NCBI GenBank assembly: GCA_964644695.1
Contig: CAZXWN010000003.1
Coordinates: 1-64,000, forward strand
Length of the DNA stretch: 64,000 nt
Direction of reading: 5' to 3'
From: an uncultured bacterium
GTDB lineage: Bacteria > UBP4 > UBA4092
The notes under the pieces were generated by a model that saw nothing but the letters and a program-made list of their open reading frames with translations, ran no database searches and had not been told where the DNA came from. Below are positions 31,988 through 41,016 of this stretch, piece after piece (positions within the stretch are counted from its first letter, which is position 1; every line of letters begins with the position of its first letter). The translations under genes were made by a program, and so were the position numbers.

Positions 31988-32932
31988 ATGCGTAAAGTTA
32001 AGAAAAGAGAGATCGAATGTCCTCATTTAGACTGTGTCTTCTTTTCCAGTGAAAACCGGGAAGTTGATGGAGAGACAGTCCTGATAACATATTGCAGCCA
32101 TCCTAATAGTGATTTGGTGGAGGATGCCAAGCATTGTGGTTTTTACCGGCTGAACTGGGCCAAGCAAATCAAGAAGATTCGTAAGCCCGATCCCTCTGAA
32201 AAGGTCAGGATTCAAAGAGAGGCCCTCCAGAAATTATTGAAGCATGCGGTAGGGCACCTCTCGCCAGAAGAGAAAGATGCTTCTATGGGGCTTATCGAAC
32301 ACCTGAAGGAACAGGAAGAACGGCTGGTTAAACTCAGTAAGCTCCTGCAAAAAAGCGGAGCGGAAGATGATGAGCATGACCCCTTTACTATCCCGACTGA
32401 ATCGTCCTCCCCTAAATCATCCGTTATCCAGGATACGGGTGTTGATTCCCAAACGCCAGATTTTATAGCGACGGCCATTGCCGCTGCTGCTCAGGAAATG
32501 AATCAGACAAAAGTTCCGTCCGCGGGTACTATGCGAAAAGAGCCCGACTCAACCGAAGCGGATATTGTTCCGCGTCAAATAGAAGGTCCTGAGGCTGTTG
32601 TTCGGGACTTCATCGAAGCTTTTAATCGTCAGGATTTTGACCGGGAATATAATTACCTGGGTAATGCTCTCCGCCTAACACCTCGTGGTGATTATGTCCG
32701 GTCGAGAAAATTTGCTTATGCCTCATCGGCGCAACATGTCACGAACGGGAACCTGCCAACTCAGGAAATGGGAGAGGTGGCTTCCGTCAAGATTGATGGT
32801 GACAACGCCCGGATTATTTGTGACAAGATTGAACGGTTTGGACCGACTCCCCAGTATTTTCAGCAGCGGTACGTCTTAAGAAAAGAAGGGGACGATTGGA
32901 AAATCGTTCAAGTTCAGACTCGGTCTCGCTAA
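31988..32932 (+). CDS. Hypothetical protein, Cys-rich N-terminus and NTF2-like C-terminal domain
   Basis: CPHLDC...YCSHP...C; C-terminal PEAVVRDFIEA ... VLRKEGDDWKI. Confidence 0.55.
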   Translation: MRKVKKREIECPHLDCVFFSSENREVDGETVLITYCSHPNSDLVEDAKHCGFYRLNWAKQIKKIRKPDPSEKVRIQREALQKLLKHAVGHLSPEEKDASMGLIEHLKEQEERLVKLSKLLQKSGAEDDEHDPFTIPTESSSPKSSVIQDTGVDSQTPDFIATAIAAAAQEMNQTKVPSAGTMRKEPDSTEADIVPRQIEGPEAVVRDFIEAFNRQDFDREYNYLGNALRLTPRGDYVRSRKFAYASSAQHVTNGNLPTQEMGEVASVKIDGDNARIICDKIERFGPTPQYFQQRYVLRKEGDDWKIVQVQTRSR

Positions 32933-33045
32933 GTTTTTGTAACAAAGGGTTTTATCCTGAGGCTCTTCGGGTTATAGTAAATGAGCCTCAACCTGTGGAA
33001 CAGGGTGCCAGATTTAATGTGGGACCTTTTGACAAAGGAAACCTG

Positions 33046-34440
33046 ATGGATAAACAAAACCTCGGCTGTATATTGGTCGTTGATGATGAACCCAATATGT
33101 GTGAAACACTCCAGATATTTCTGGAGACTCTGGGATATGAAGTCTATATAGCACAACACCCCGATAAAGCCCTCACTATCGTACGAGAAACGGCGATTGA
33201 TGTTGTTTTGTCTGATTTTCGTATGCCCGGCATGACTGGCTTAGAGCTTTTGAAACAGGTCAAATCCCTAAACTCCGACATTGAAGTTCTCATCATGACT
33301 GCTTATGTGAGTGTCGATGATGTGGTTGAGGTCATGCGTGAGGGTGCCTACGATTATATCGAGAAACCTTTCCAACTCGACATGCTCCAGATGACGCTGG
33401 AAAAAGTCAGAGAAAAACAACGACTCTATCACCGTAACCGGGAACTCGAAGAAGAAATTGAGAAGAAATATTCCTTTGACCAGATTGTGGGGAAAAGCGA
33501 TTCCATGGGTAAAGTATTTGAGCTCATCCGGAAAGTCGCCCCTTCGGAATCTACGGTTTTGATTACCGGAGATTCGGGTACAGGAAAGGAATTAGTTGCC
33601 CGCGCCATCCACCAGCACAGCCAGCGTAAAAACAATCCCTTCGTTGCCATTAACTGTGGCGGCATACCCTTAGAATTATTGGAATCGGAGCTGTTCGGAT
33701 ATGAGAAGGGTGCGTTTACCGGGGCCGCCGCTCGTAAAAAAGGTTTATTTGAGACGGCAGAAAATGGAACTCTATTTCTGGATGAAGTGGGAGAGCTGCC
33801 CTTATCTCTTCAGGTGAAATTACTGAGAGTATTACAGGACGGAAAGTTCCGCCGCGTGGGTGGTCTCGATAATATCCAGGCTAATGTCCGGATACTGGCC
33901 GCAACCAACCGCGATTTGCAGCAGATGGTAAAGGAAAAAACATTTCGTGAGGACCTGTACTTCCGATTCAATGTTATACCCATCAAGCTGCCCTCACTCA
34001 ACGAAAGACAAGATGATATCCCTCTGTTGCTGGAACATTTTTTAGATGACTTCTGCCAGCGTAAATCCATTCGTAAAAACCCCCGGTTCTCCCCAGCCGC
34101 CATGAAATACCTGATGTCTTATTCCTGGCCCGGAAATGTCCGTGAACTGGAAAACCTGGTAGAACGGTTATTAATACTGGTGGATCGAGATGTAATTGAA
34201 CCCGATGATTTGCCGGAAAAAATCACTTCTGTTCCAGTTGTCGAATTCCGGGGGGATACGGTAACTTATGCTGAAGCGAAGCAGGATTTCGAGCGGGAAT
34301 ACTTCCAGCGTCTGTTAGAAAAATATAACTGGAATGTAACTCGTGCGGCGGAAGAAGCCGATATGTCTCGCCGGAATCTGCATGAGAAAATACGGATCCT
34401 CAATCTGACTCCACCGTGGGAAAATTCCAATCCCACCTAA
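33046..34440 (+). CDS. Sigma54-dependent response regulator (NtrC family)
   Basis: Receiver (ILVVDDE, SDFRMPG), GDSGTGKE, GAFTGA, WPGNVRELEN, Fis-type HTH. Confidence 0.95.
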   Translation: MDKQNLGCILVVDDEPNMCETLQIFLETLGYEVYIAQHPDKALTIVRETAIDVVLSDFRMPGMTGLELLKQVKSLNSDIEVLIMTAYVSVDDVVEVMREGAYDYIEKPFQLDMLQMTLEKVREKQRLYHRNRELEEEIEKKYSFDQIVGKSDSMGKVFELIRKVAPSESTVLITGDSGTGKELVARAIHQHSQRKNNPFVAINCGGIPLELLESELFGYEKGAFTGAAARKKGLFETAENGTLFLDEVGELPLSLQVKLLRVLQDGKFRRVGGLDNIQANVRILAATNRDLQQMVKEKTFREDLYFRFNVIPIKLPSLNERQDDIPLLLEHFLDDFCQRKSIRKNPRFSPAAMKYLMSYSWPGNVRELENLVERLLILVDRDVIEPDDLPEKITSVPVVEFRGDTVTYAEAKQDFEREYFQRLLEKYNWNVTRAAEEADMSRRNLHEKIRILNLTPPWENSNPT

Positions 34441-34470
34441 CCGGTTAATAAATTCAGGAGAAGCCCTTTA

Positions 34471-35757
34471 TTGCCTATGATGAAATGTCCACAATGTGTT
34501 AAACAGAAATTCATGCGGCATATACCCCGCCTGGAACAATTTGAACTTCTAAAATATCTGGGTCCGGGGTTTTTAGTAACGGTTGGATTTATTGATCCCG
34601 GGAATTGGGCTTCGAATGTTGCGGCAGGTTCCCAATATGGTTATACCCTTCTGTGGATGGTCACGCTATCAACGATTATGTTGGTTATTTTGCAGCACAA
34701 TGCGGCTCACCTGGGGATTGTGACCGGGTTGTGTATTTCAGAAGCGGCTACTTTTCACATGCCGAAATGGTTCTCCCGTTCGGTTCTAGGGTCTGCGGTC
34801 CTGGCCTCCATTTGTACTGCACTGGCTGAGATACTGGGTGGAGCTATCGGTTTGAATATGTTGACGGGTCTTCCGTTGCCGGTGGGGGCGATTCTGACGA
34901 CAGTCTTTGTATTTTGGATGTTGTTTTCCAAGGGATACCGGAAAATTGAGAATATCATCATCGGGATGGTTACTCTGATTGGAATCAGTTTCCTTTATGA
35001 ATTGTATCTGGTAAAAATCGGATGGGGAGCGGCGGCGGTGGGATGGGTGACTCCGGCACTACCCATGGGTGCACTTCCCATTGTGATGAGTGTTCTGGGC
35101 GCTGTCGTCATGCCGCATAATCTCTATCTTCATTCAGAAGTCATTCAGAGCCGGCAGTACAATACCCAGGGCGAGAATGTCATTCAAAGCCGCCTAAAAT
35201 ATGAGTTCATTGATACCTTAACATCCATGACGGCCGGCTGGGCTATCAACTCGGCCATGATATTACTGGCAGCAGCCACCTTCTATATTAGTAAAATCCA
35301 TGTGACAGAACTCCAGCAGGCTCAAGAGATGTTAAAACCACTTCTGGGTAATTCTGCGGCATGGGTCTTTGGATTAGCCTTGTTGTTATCCGGATTATCC
35401 TCCTCCACCACTGCCGGAATGGCCGGAGCCTCTATCTTTGCCGGAATATTTGGTGAAGCCTATGACACGAAGGATTTTCACACTCGTGTCGGGATATGTG
35501 TGACTCTGTTAGGCGGATTGTTAGCCGTACTGTTAGTCAGTAATCCCTTTCATGGATTAATTATTTCCCAGATGTGTTTATCCATCCAGCTGCCCTGGAC
35601 CATCGTTCTGCAAATCATGCTGACATCCTCCCGGAAGGTGATGGGAGACCATGTCAACAACTGGAAAGACAACCTGGGTTTATGGACAGTGGCAGCCATT
35701 GTGATTATCTTGAACATCATGTTGCTGCGGGAAATGATTTTTGGTGGATGGCATTAA
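34471..35757 (+). CDS. mntH: Nramp family divalent metal transporter
   Basis: GFIDPGNW and VMPHNLYLHS motifs; about 11 TM helices. Start codon uncertain. Confidence 0.9.
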   Translation: MPMMKCPQCVKQKFMRHIPRLEQFELLKYLGPGFLVTVGFIDPGNWASNVAAGSQYGYTLLWMVTLSTIMLVILQHNAAHLGIVTGLCISEAATFHMPKWFSRSVLGSAVLASICTALAEILGGAIGLNMLTGLPLPVGAILTTVFVFWMLFSKGYRKIENIIIGMVTLIGISFLYELYLVKIGWGAAAVGWVTPALPMGALPIVMSVLGAVVMPHNLYLHSEVIQSRQYNTQGENVIQSRLKYEFIDTLTSMTAGWAINSAMILLAAATFYISKIHVTELQQAQEMLKPLLGNSAAWVFGLALLLSGLSSSTTAGMAGASIFAGIFGEAYDTKDFHTRVGICVTLLGGLLAVLLVSNPFHGLIISQMCLSIQLPWTIVLQIMLTSSRKVMGDHVNNWKDNLGLWTVAAIVIILNIMLLREMIFGGWH

Positions 35758-35833
35758 AAGATTGACAAAAACGATGCACTCTTATTATCATAGGCACGGG
35801 AAATAATACAAAATATATCCATTCGGAGGGCTT

Positions 35834-36136
35834 ATGAGCGACGAACAAGTTCCACAAAACAATCCGTATTATCCACCTGTTTCACCCGCACAGTTTTATC
35901 CACCCCCCCTGTCTGTTAAAGACTGGTTGGTGACATTGATCATTGCGGCTATTCCTCTTGTGGGAATAATAATGCTTTTTATCTGGGCATTTAGCAGTGA
36001 TGGAAATATCCACAAAAAAAACTTTAGCAAGGCATTGCTTTTATTCACATTAATCATGATTATCTTATATATCGTTTTGATTGTTGGAATGGTTCTGCTT
36101 GTTGCCATGATAGGGGTAAGCTCAGCTGGTAGTTGA
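35834..36136 (+). CDS. Small membrane protein
   Basis: SVKDWL...IPLVGIIMLFIWAFS...KKNFSKA pattern; GGAGG RBS. Confidence 0.75.
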   Translation: MSDEQVPQNNPYYPPVSPAQFYPPPLSVKDWLVTLIIAAIPLVGIIMLFIWAFSSDGNIHKKNFSKALLLFTLIMIILYIVLIVGMVLLVAMIGVSSAGS

Positions 36137-36156
36137 TTTGTAATTTGAATTGATTC

Positions 36157-36190
36157 AACCGGGACTGAATTTTATTCAGCCCCGGTTTTT
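36157..36190 (+). terminator. Intrinsic terminator
   Basis: ccgggactgaat...attcagccccgg stem followed by a T run. Confidence 0.7.
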
Positions 36191-36217
36191 ATTTATTAAG
36201 CTTGATATAATGACACC

Positions 36218-37699
36218 ATGGACTTACTTGATCGATTTCGCTCCGCACTGATTCACCAGTGCCAGACAGAAAATGGCGACAGCATCATTCTTGGATTATC
36301 CGGTGGACCGGATTCGGTTTGTTTATTGGATTTAATGGTCCGGCTTCGGGATGAATGTGGATTTCGGCTGATTCCGGCTCATCTCCATCACGGGATTCGA
36401 GGTGATGAGGCGGACAAAGATTTAGAATTCTGTCGAACCCTCTGTGCCAGTTATGGATTAGACCTGGATACTCGGAATGTATCCATCCCGCAGATTGCCC
36501 GGGATTCCCGCCTGTCTCTGGAAGAAGCCGGCCGCCTGCAAAGATACCATTTCTTTCTTGACTTGGCTCTTCATTACGGATGCCGAAAAGTTGCGGTTGC
36601 CCACCATCGTGATGACCTGGCGGAAACGGTGTTGATGCGTCTGGTCAGAGGCGCAGGTCCGGAGGGATTGTCTGGTATTACCTGGAACCGCCCACTCGTC
36701 ATGGATGACCGGCCCATTCCCAATCCATTGATAAAAGTGATTCGACCCTTGCTGGCTTTTTATCGAAGCGAAATAGATTCTTATCTCAATGAAAAAAATC
36801 TCCTGTTCCGTACGGATCAAACCAATCGGGATAACACCTATCTTCGAAACCGGATTCGAAATGTTCTCATTCCCGGTATTGAAAAAGATTATAATCCCCG
36901 TATTCGGGAAGCATTGGCGAGGACTGCCGACATCCTCCAGGAAGAAGAAAAATATTGGAATTTATCTCTGGCACTTTTCCTCCGGAACACTTACACCCGT
37001 GAAAAGGGTCGGTTGATTTATCAAGAACCTCAGGAACTGGCCAAGATGCCGCTGGGATTCCAAAGGCGGGCGATTCGGTTTCTGATTGAAAAATATCAGG
37101 GCCATCTTCGGCAGTTAGATTTTGAAGATGTGGAATCCATTGTGAAACTGATTTCCGGACAGACTCTGGGGAAAGCTCTGGAACTGACTGGAAATCTGAG
37201 AGTAGAACTTCGGAATGAACAACTCATCTTTACCCGGCATCTCCAGACCGCCTTTTCATCCTCCAATCAGACGGAATTACCGGTCCCTGGTTCATTGTCG
37301 TCGGTTGAGTTTGGCGGCGAATTTACGGTGGAACTGCACCAGTCTAATCCCGGACTCCTCTATGATATATTCTCGAAGAAAATGCCGCCGGAGTCGGTTT
37401 GTTTTGATGCCGAGAAACTCCATGGACCCCTCACGGTCCGGTCGTGGAAAGCTGGAGACCGTTTTCAACCACTGGGACTAAAGGGCCACAAGAAAGTTCA
37501 GGATTTGTTTGTGAACCGAAAAATCCCCCGTGAAATCCGAAACCGGGTTCCTCTGGTCTGTGATTCGCAGCAAATTCTATGGGTAGCTGGAATCCAACCT
37601 TCAGAAGCTGCCAAGGTAACCGCTGAAACCCGGCAAGTGGTGCGTATTCAATTCGTACCCGAACCAGACCCGGCGGATACGGTTGAATCCGAAGAATAA
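36218..37699 (+). CDS. tilS: tRNA(Ile)-lysidine synthetase
   Basis: SGGPDS PP-loop, AHHRDDLAET, IRPLL, YLRNRIR, C-terminal TilS domain. Confidence 0.96.
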   Translation: MDLLDRFRSALIHQCQTENGDSIILGLSGGPDSVCLLDLMVRLRDECGFRLIPAHLHHGIRGDEADKDLEFCRTLCASYGLDLDTRNVSIPQIARDSRLSLEEAGRLQRYHFFLDLALHYGCRKVAVAHHRDDLAETVLMRLVRGAGPEGLSGITWNRPLVMDDRPIPNPLIKVIRPLLAFYRSEIDSYLNEKNLLFRTDQTNRDNTYLRNRIRNVLIPGIEKDYNPRIREALARTADILQEEEKYWNLSLALFLRNTYTREKGRLIYQEPQELAKMPLGFQRRAIRFLIEKYQGHLRQLDFEDVESIVKLISGQTLGKALELTGNLRVELRNEQLIFTRHLQTAFSSSNQTELPVPGSLSSVEFGGEFTVELHQSNPGLLYDIFSKKMPPESVCFDAEKLHGPLTVRSWKAGDRFQPLGLKGHKKVQDLFVNRKIPREIRNRVPLVCDSQQILWVAGIQPSEAAKVTAETRQVVRIQFVPEPDPADTVESEE

Positions 37700-37746
37700 C
37701 CCCCTTTTTTCATTCAAACACCTGCTTTTAATACATCTCTCTGATT

Positions 37747-37793
37747 CGAACTATCCACGGAGCAGCTCCGAGTAACTCCGTGGATGATTCGTT
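37747..37793. repeat. Intergenic palindromic repeat, copy 5
   Basis: cgaactatccacggagcagctccgagtaactccgtggatgattcgtt. Confidence 0.8.
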
Positions 37794-37827
37794 TTGTAAG
37801 CAGAAATACGAGGGGATAATTAAGCAT

Positions 37828-37859
37828 AAAAAAAAGACCGGTCTTTTGGACCGGTCTTT
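37828..37859 (-). terminator. Intrinsic terminator of nrdJ
   Basis: A run then aagaccggtc...gaccggtctt stem. Confidence 0.75.
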
Positions 37860-37879
37860 GTATGTTTTATGAATCGTTT

Positions 37880-40366
37880 TTATCCGCACTGAGAGTAGCC
37901 GCAGCTCTTACAGACGACACACCCTTCCTGGAACTCCAGTATTTGTCCACACTCCGGACATTCCGGGCATTGTCCACCGAGATTTTTCACCAGTGAGGCG
38001 CTTATCGTTTGGGCAGACAACTCTTTATATTCGCGTTTATCGGATTTCTTGTTGAGATAAAGTTTCAGAGCCTTGGCAACACCATCCCCACAAGATAAGG
38101 TCAATGAACCATTATCAAAGGCTGGCCGTGGGCACCGAATCCCTCGAATCTGGGTATAAACCAGTTCCGGATCCACACCCGCCTGGAGACATAGAGAGGC
38201 TAACCGCCCCATGGCTTCAGTATGAGCTGCAATACAGCCCCCGGATTTGCCTAACTGGGCAAAGATTTCAATCGGACCCTGGTCATCGGAGTTAATGGTC
38301 ACATACAGTTTTCCGCAGCCGGTATTAATTTTAGATGTCTGACCAAAGGAGACATCCGGTCGTGGCCGAGGCTGAATGAAATTGGTTTTTTTATTGGTCT
38401 GGCCTGGGAATAACCCTGGTAAAGTGGGTTCTTCTACCGGAGGTCCGTCATCCTGGGCATGAACGACTTCCTGAGCAAATCGGTCTGGTCCTGCAACCAT
38501 GGCAGTATCTTCTTTGGGTTCCATGGCTTCTGGAGAGTGAGTTCCTGCGGCGATGGCAACATCTATGTTGGATTGAGCTTTCGGGGTGTCCGCACCACCT
38601 TCGGCGGATTTCCCGTCTTCTTTCTTTGTTCCGATATTGAGAACTTGAATGGTCCTGGAACCATCGCGATAGACGGTAATACCCTTACAACCCAGTTTAT
38701 GAGCCATCATATAGACATTGGCGATATCTTCCCGGGTCGCATCATGGGCAAAATTCACGGTCTTACTGACGGCGTTATCTGTGTACTTCTGGAAAGCGGC
38801 CTGCATCCGAACATGCCATTCGGGAGTGATATCATGGGCCGTCACAAAGAACTTCTGTACATCTTCGGGGACTCCCGCCACTCCGACACAGGTGCCTTTT
38901 TCGGCAATCTCCATCATTAAGGCATCTGAATAGAAGCCCCGGTCAATCGCCATCTGTTTGAATAACTCGTTTACCTCAGTCAGTTGGATATCCCCAATGT
39001 TCCCCGCCAGACCGGTTTTTCGGACATAAGCTAATGCAAACAGGGGTTCAACACCCTGGGAACATCCGGCAATAATACCAATTGTTCCGGTGGGAGCAAT
39101 CGTTGTTACCGTTGAGTTTCTCTGTTCAGGTTCACCCTTCAGGTCGAATAAAGACCCTCTGAAAGCCGGGAAAGCACCGCGTTCTTTTGCCAGTTCCTGG
39201 GACCGTTCACGCCCGGCGGACAAGACAAATTCCATGACTCTTTCTGCCAAAACCAGAGCGTCTTCTGAATTATAGGGAATCCCCAGTTTGATGAGCATGT
39301 CAGCCCAACCCATAATACCTAGTCCGATTTTACGGCTCTTGCGGGTGGTCTCGGCAATCTCACTAATTGGATATTTGTTCATATCAATGACGTTGTCGAG
39401 TAAATGAACAGCCAGACGAACGACATCTTTGAGTTTATTCCAGTCAATCTCTACACCCTTTTTAGTTGACTTGACCATCTTGGCCAAATCAATGGAACCA
39501 AGGTTGCAGGATTCATAGGGCATCAGAGGTTGTTCGCCGCAGGGATTGGTTGATTCCACAGGTGAAATATTGGGTGTGGGATGGAACTTGTTGATTCGGT
39601 CAATAAAGACAATTCCCGGGTCGCCATTCTCCCAGGCATGATCCACCAGCAGGTCAAACACTTCGCGGGCGTTGATTTTTTTCAATGGCTCCAGGGTTCT
39701 GGGATTCAACAAATCATAATCGCCGCCTTTTTCGACCGCATCCATAAAGGTTTCAGTGATGGCAACGGAGATGTTGAAATTAGTGATTTTGGTGTGGTCT
39801 TTTTTGCAGGAAATGAATTCGAAAATATCCGGATGGTCCACCCGAAGAATGCCCATATTGGCACCCCGGCGAGTCCCACCCTGTTTGATGGCTTCAGTGG
39901 CCGCATTGAGGACTTCCATAAAGCTGACTGGGCCGGAAGACACTCCCTTGGTGGATCGGACAATATCACCTTTGGGACGGAGTCGGCTGAAACTGAAACC
40001 CGTTCCGCCTCCAGACTGGTGGATTAAGGCCGCATTTTTGACCGTGGTGAAGATTTCTTCCAGTGAGTCACCGACAGGGAGTACAAAGCAGGCGGAAAGC
40101 TGTCCCAGGGGCCGGCCGGCGTTCATCAAGGTCGGGCTATTTGGGAGAAACTCCAGGGAAGCCATCAAGTCGTAGAACTTGTCTTCCAGCTCCTTAACCT
40201 CCTGGTCTGTTCTTTGGTACACAATCTCTGCCTGTGCCAGATGGTGTGCCACTCGCCGGAATAATTCTTCCGGAGTTTCTATGATGTTTCCCCGGTCATC
40301 TTTCACCAGGTATCGTTTGTCCAGTACTGTCTGGGCGCTTTTCGTTAATTTGATCTGTTTTGCCAT
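37880..40366 (-). CDS. nrdJ: Adenosylcobalamin-dependent (class II) ribonucleotide reductase
   Basis: NSPTLMNAG, LSACFV, TNPCGEQPL, TIAPTGT, KGITVYRDGSR; C-terminal TSCPD-like domain and Zn ribbon. Confidence 0.93.
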   Translation of the reverse strand: MAKQIKLTKSAQTVLDKRYLVKDDRGNIIETPEELFRRVAHHLAQAEIVYQRTDQEVKELEDKFYDLMASLEFLPNSPTLMNAGRPLGQLSACFVLPVGDSLEEIFTTVKNAALIHQSGGGTGFSFSRLRPKGDIVRSTKGVSSGPVSFMEVLNAATEAIKQGGTRRGANMGILRVDHPDIFEFISCKKDHTKITNFNISVAITETFMDAVEKGGDYDLLNPRTLEPLKKINAREVFDLLVDHAWENGDPGIVFIDRINKFHPTPNISPVESTNPCGEQPLMPYESCNLGSIDLAKMVKSTKKGVEIDWNKLKDVVRLAVHLLDNVIDMNKYPISEIAETTRKSRKIGLGIMGWADMLIKLGIPYNSEDALVLAERVMEFVLSAGRERSQELAKERGAFPAFRGSLFDLKGEPEQRNSTVTTIAPTGTIGIIAGCSQGVEPLFALAYVRKTGLAGNIGDIQLTEVNELFKQMAIDRGFYSDALMMEIAEKGTCVGVAGVPEDVQKFFVTAHDITPEWHVRMQAAFQKYTDNAVSKTVNFAHDATREDIANVYMMAHKLGCKGITVYRDGSRTIQVLNIGTKKEDGKSAEGGADTPKAQSNIDVAIAAGTHSPEAMEPKEDTAMVAGPDRFAQEVVHAQDDGPPVEEPTLPGLFPGQTNKKTNFIQPRPRPDVSFGQTSKINTGCGKLYVTINSDDQGPIEIFAQLGKSGGCIAAHTEAMGRLASLCLQAGVDPELVYTQIRGIRCPRPAFDNGSLTLSCGDGVAKALKLYLNKKSDKREYKELSAQTISASLVKNLGGQCPECPECGQILEFQEGCVVCKSCGYSQCG

Positions 40367-40485
40367 CGTTCTAGTCCTTTTTTTCTCTTCTTTTTCTTTA
40401 GTTCTATTTATTTTCAGAGTCAAGCGCCCCCCGGCGCGTGGTGCTCTGATTAATTTCTTACTGCCCTCATTACTTTTTATGCTCA

Positions 40486-40550
40486 CCACAACATATTGTG
40501 GTGTTTACCATCCCGCATATACTATATATAGGGACGAGCTCCTCTGTCAA
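40486..40550 (-). promoter_or_regulatory. nrdJ promoter with two tandem NrdR boxes
   Basis: CCACAACATATTGTGG (40486-40501) and ATACTATATATAGGG (40519-40533), cores 33 bp apart; minus-strand TTGACA-N18-TATAGT overlaps box 2. Confidence 0.8.
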
Positions 40551-40763
40551 CTTGATTTTTCCCCAACACCGGCACGGCTTTGCGCCTGTGATGGTTAGGA
40601 AACCCTGATTTGATGGGAGTTTGTTTGTGACAAAAATATTTTTTCCAGTACTGGCAAAGGTTCTGAAGTGCTCGCTTATTACCCCTATGTCAATACCCCT
40701 GATAAATCAAGCCTGTTTGGCCCTGTTTTTTTACTGTTTTTAAGAACCTCCGATGGAATCCGG

Positions 40764-40960
40764 TTGTCCACAAGTGTTTGTTCTTTGAACAATGTGGATA
40801 AGTAGGTTTTCTGTGGATAAGCTAAAAATAAGATAAATGATTATAAATAAACGGGTTATATGTACATTTAGGGCGGATAACCTGATTGGTTGCCTGGGAT
40901 TGAGCAAAGGAATACCCAGGTTATGCACAAGGGGTGAGAGTAACCTGTGTATAACCTGGG
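40764..40960. other. DnaA-box cluster, candidate replication origin (oriC)
   Basis: TTGTCCACA 40764, TGTGGATAA 40793 and 40812, TTATGCACA 40921, TGTGTATAA 40946, weak GGCGGATAA 40872; AT-rich tract 40823-40851. Confidence 0.65.
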
Positions 40961-41016
40961 TCGTAATGGACAGTGAATTTTGAGTGATATAAGATGGATA
41001 GTAATTTTTTGTTAAA

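Noticed and set aside
40569-40584. Sigma54 promoter-like ggcacggctttgc
   Set aside because: GG to GC spacing is 9 nt rather than the required 10.
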